Assembly (NCBI RefSeq): GCF_000281045.1
Contig: NW_008246094.1
Span: 659,676 to 696,964, forward strand
DNA from: Saprolegnia diclina VS20
Lineage: Eukaryota
Length of the DNA stretch: 37,289 nucleotides
Direction: 5' to 3'
The position numbers and the translations under genes are program-made. This document shows, piece by piece, positions 36,422 through 37,289 of this stretch (the first letter of the stretch is position 1; each line of letters starts with the position of its first letter). Under the pieces are notes generated by a model that worked only from the letters and a program-made list of their open reading frames with translations, did no database searches and was not told the origin of the DNA.

Positions 36422-36539
36422 GCATCATGTCTATTTGTACAGCTTTTACACGTTCAACTTGTGTACCATTATCGCGCGGTTTCTAGTACAAGGCTGGATG
36501 TCGACAGAATCTGAGGATCTGATTTTGATTTCCAAGCAA

Positions 36540-36815
36540 ACACAACGCACCAAGATCACGCCACCGATCGTCCTGCACCGCGACCTCCAGTCGCTGACGC
36601 CGCCTCAGTCGCTGGCGACTCCCGAGGACTTTGACGAACTGCGTAGCTTTGCCGCCGACCGCGACGCCTGGAAAGATTTAACCGGCCGTGTCGTCACGGG
36701 CCTCACGGCAGCCGCAAGCGTCGTAGGGCGACGACAGAAGAGCCAGACGAGCCCCCGCGCCGCCGCCTGCGCAGCCACGGACCGGCAAGCGAATGAAGAA
36801 GAAGGAGATTGCTAG
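36540..36815 (+). mobile_element. Possible 5'-truncated 3' remnant of a non-LTR (RTE-like) retrotransposon
   Basis: GC-rich island within AT-rich flanks. It encodes ITPPIVLHRDL...DFDELRSFAADRDAWKDL, resembling the A-x-D-R-x-x-W motif at the C-terminus of RTE-clade ORFs. No RT domain is present. Confidence 0.4.
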
Positions 36816-37224
36816 TCTCTACGTACGTATGCGAAGTCTTTGCGTAATTATGAAGATAACGCAAAACATGCTCGTATATATAAGCAAACACAAATTTAAG
36901 TTGTGTAACAATTTGGGCCGCCATCTATCCGCGTGGACCCCCACGCTGTTTCGACGTGTCTCGAACATATCTCGGACCTGGCCAAGCGCTGCCCTCAGAG
37001 TCCGAAAATACACAACCAAATCAACGCATTAGGCGCGGCTGTCGATTGAGCTATCAAGCCTAAAGTTAGTGCAATATCCAGATCTTACGTGCTCCCAACA
37101 AGAAAAATCGTAGGAATGGCTATATAGTGGTGATAAATCATGGTAAAATGGTAGTTTTTGGGAGGAATATTTGTGTATGTAGTTGGGATGTAAAAAAAAG
37201 AGACAAGGGATGAAAGAAATTGGC

Positions 37225-37230
37225 AAAAAA
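37225..37230 (-). terminator. Pol III terminator (T6) just downstream of tRNA-Asp
   Basis: AAAAAA on the + strand gives TTTTTT on the tRNA strand, 2 nt after the tRNA 3' end. Confidence 0.7.
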
Positions 37231-37232
37231 GA

Positions 37233-37289
37233 CTCCCCGTCCGGGAATTGAACCCGGGTCACCCGCGTGACAGGCGGGTATACTAACCA
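37233..37289 (-). tRNA. tRNA-Asp(GTC), 5' end truncated by the window edge
   Basis: Reverse complement reads TGGTTAGTATA-CCCGC-CTGTCAC-GCGGG-TGA-CCCGG-GTTCAATT-CCCGG-ACGGGGAG: D-loop GG, anticodon stem with GTC, T-arm GTTCAA and the acceptor 3' strand. Confidence 0.95.

Noticed and set aside
1..37289. CRISPR arrays, rRNA, operons or prokaryotic defence systems
   Set aside because: No regularly spaced repeats or rRNA-like sequence seen; the DNA is intron-containing and eukaryotic.

Overview
Gene-dense, GC-rich eukaryotic DNA with uniformly tiny introns (41-53 bp). It is most likely an oomycete, probably Saprolegniales-like (inferred from gene content and intron size). I traced the splice sites by hand, and every complete gene model gives a spliced length divisible by 3. 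From left to right: (1) two tandem minus-strand paralogous 6TM cyclic-nucleotide-binding-domain (CNBD) ion channels with identical intron positions, no GYG filter and no cNMP-binding Arg; (2) two papain-family (C1A) cysteine proteases with C-terminal TM anchors and no visible signal peptide, with a 71-aa single-pass ORF between them; (3) a CASTOR/POLLUX/DMI1-like RCK cation channel with a divergent filter; (4) a GT60-like GlcNAc transferase with a probable GC-AG intron; (5) two more of the same proteases; (6) a multi-exon hypothetical protein with K-x3-LG repeats; (7) a 22-intron, ~4,142-aa Kelch-type outer-arm dynein heavy chain; (8) a probable 3' remnant of a non-LTR retrotransposon; (9) tRNA-Asp(GTC) cut by the window end. 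No CRISPR, rRNA or prokaryotic features were seen.
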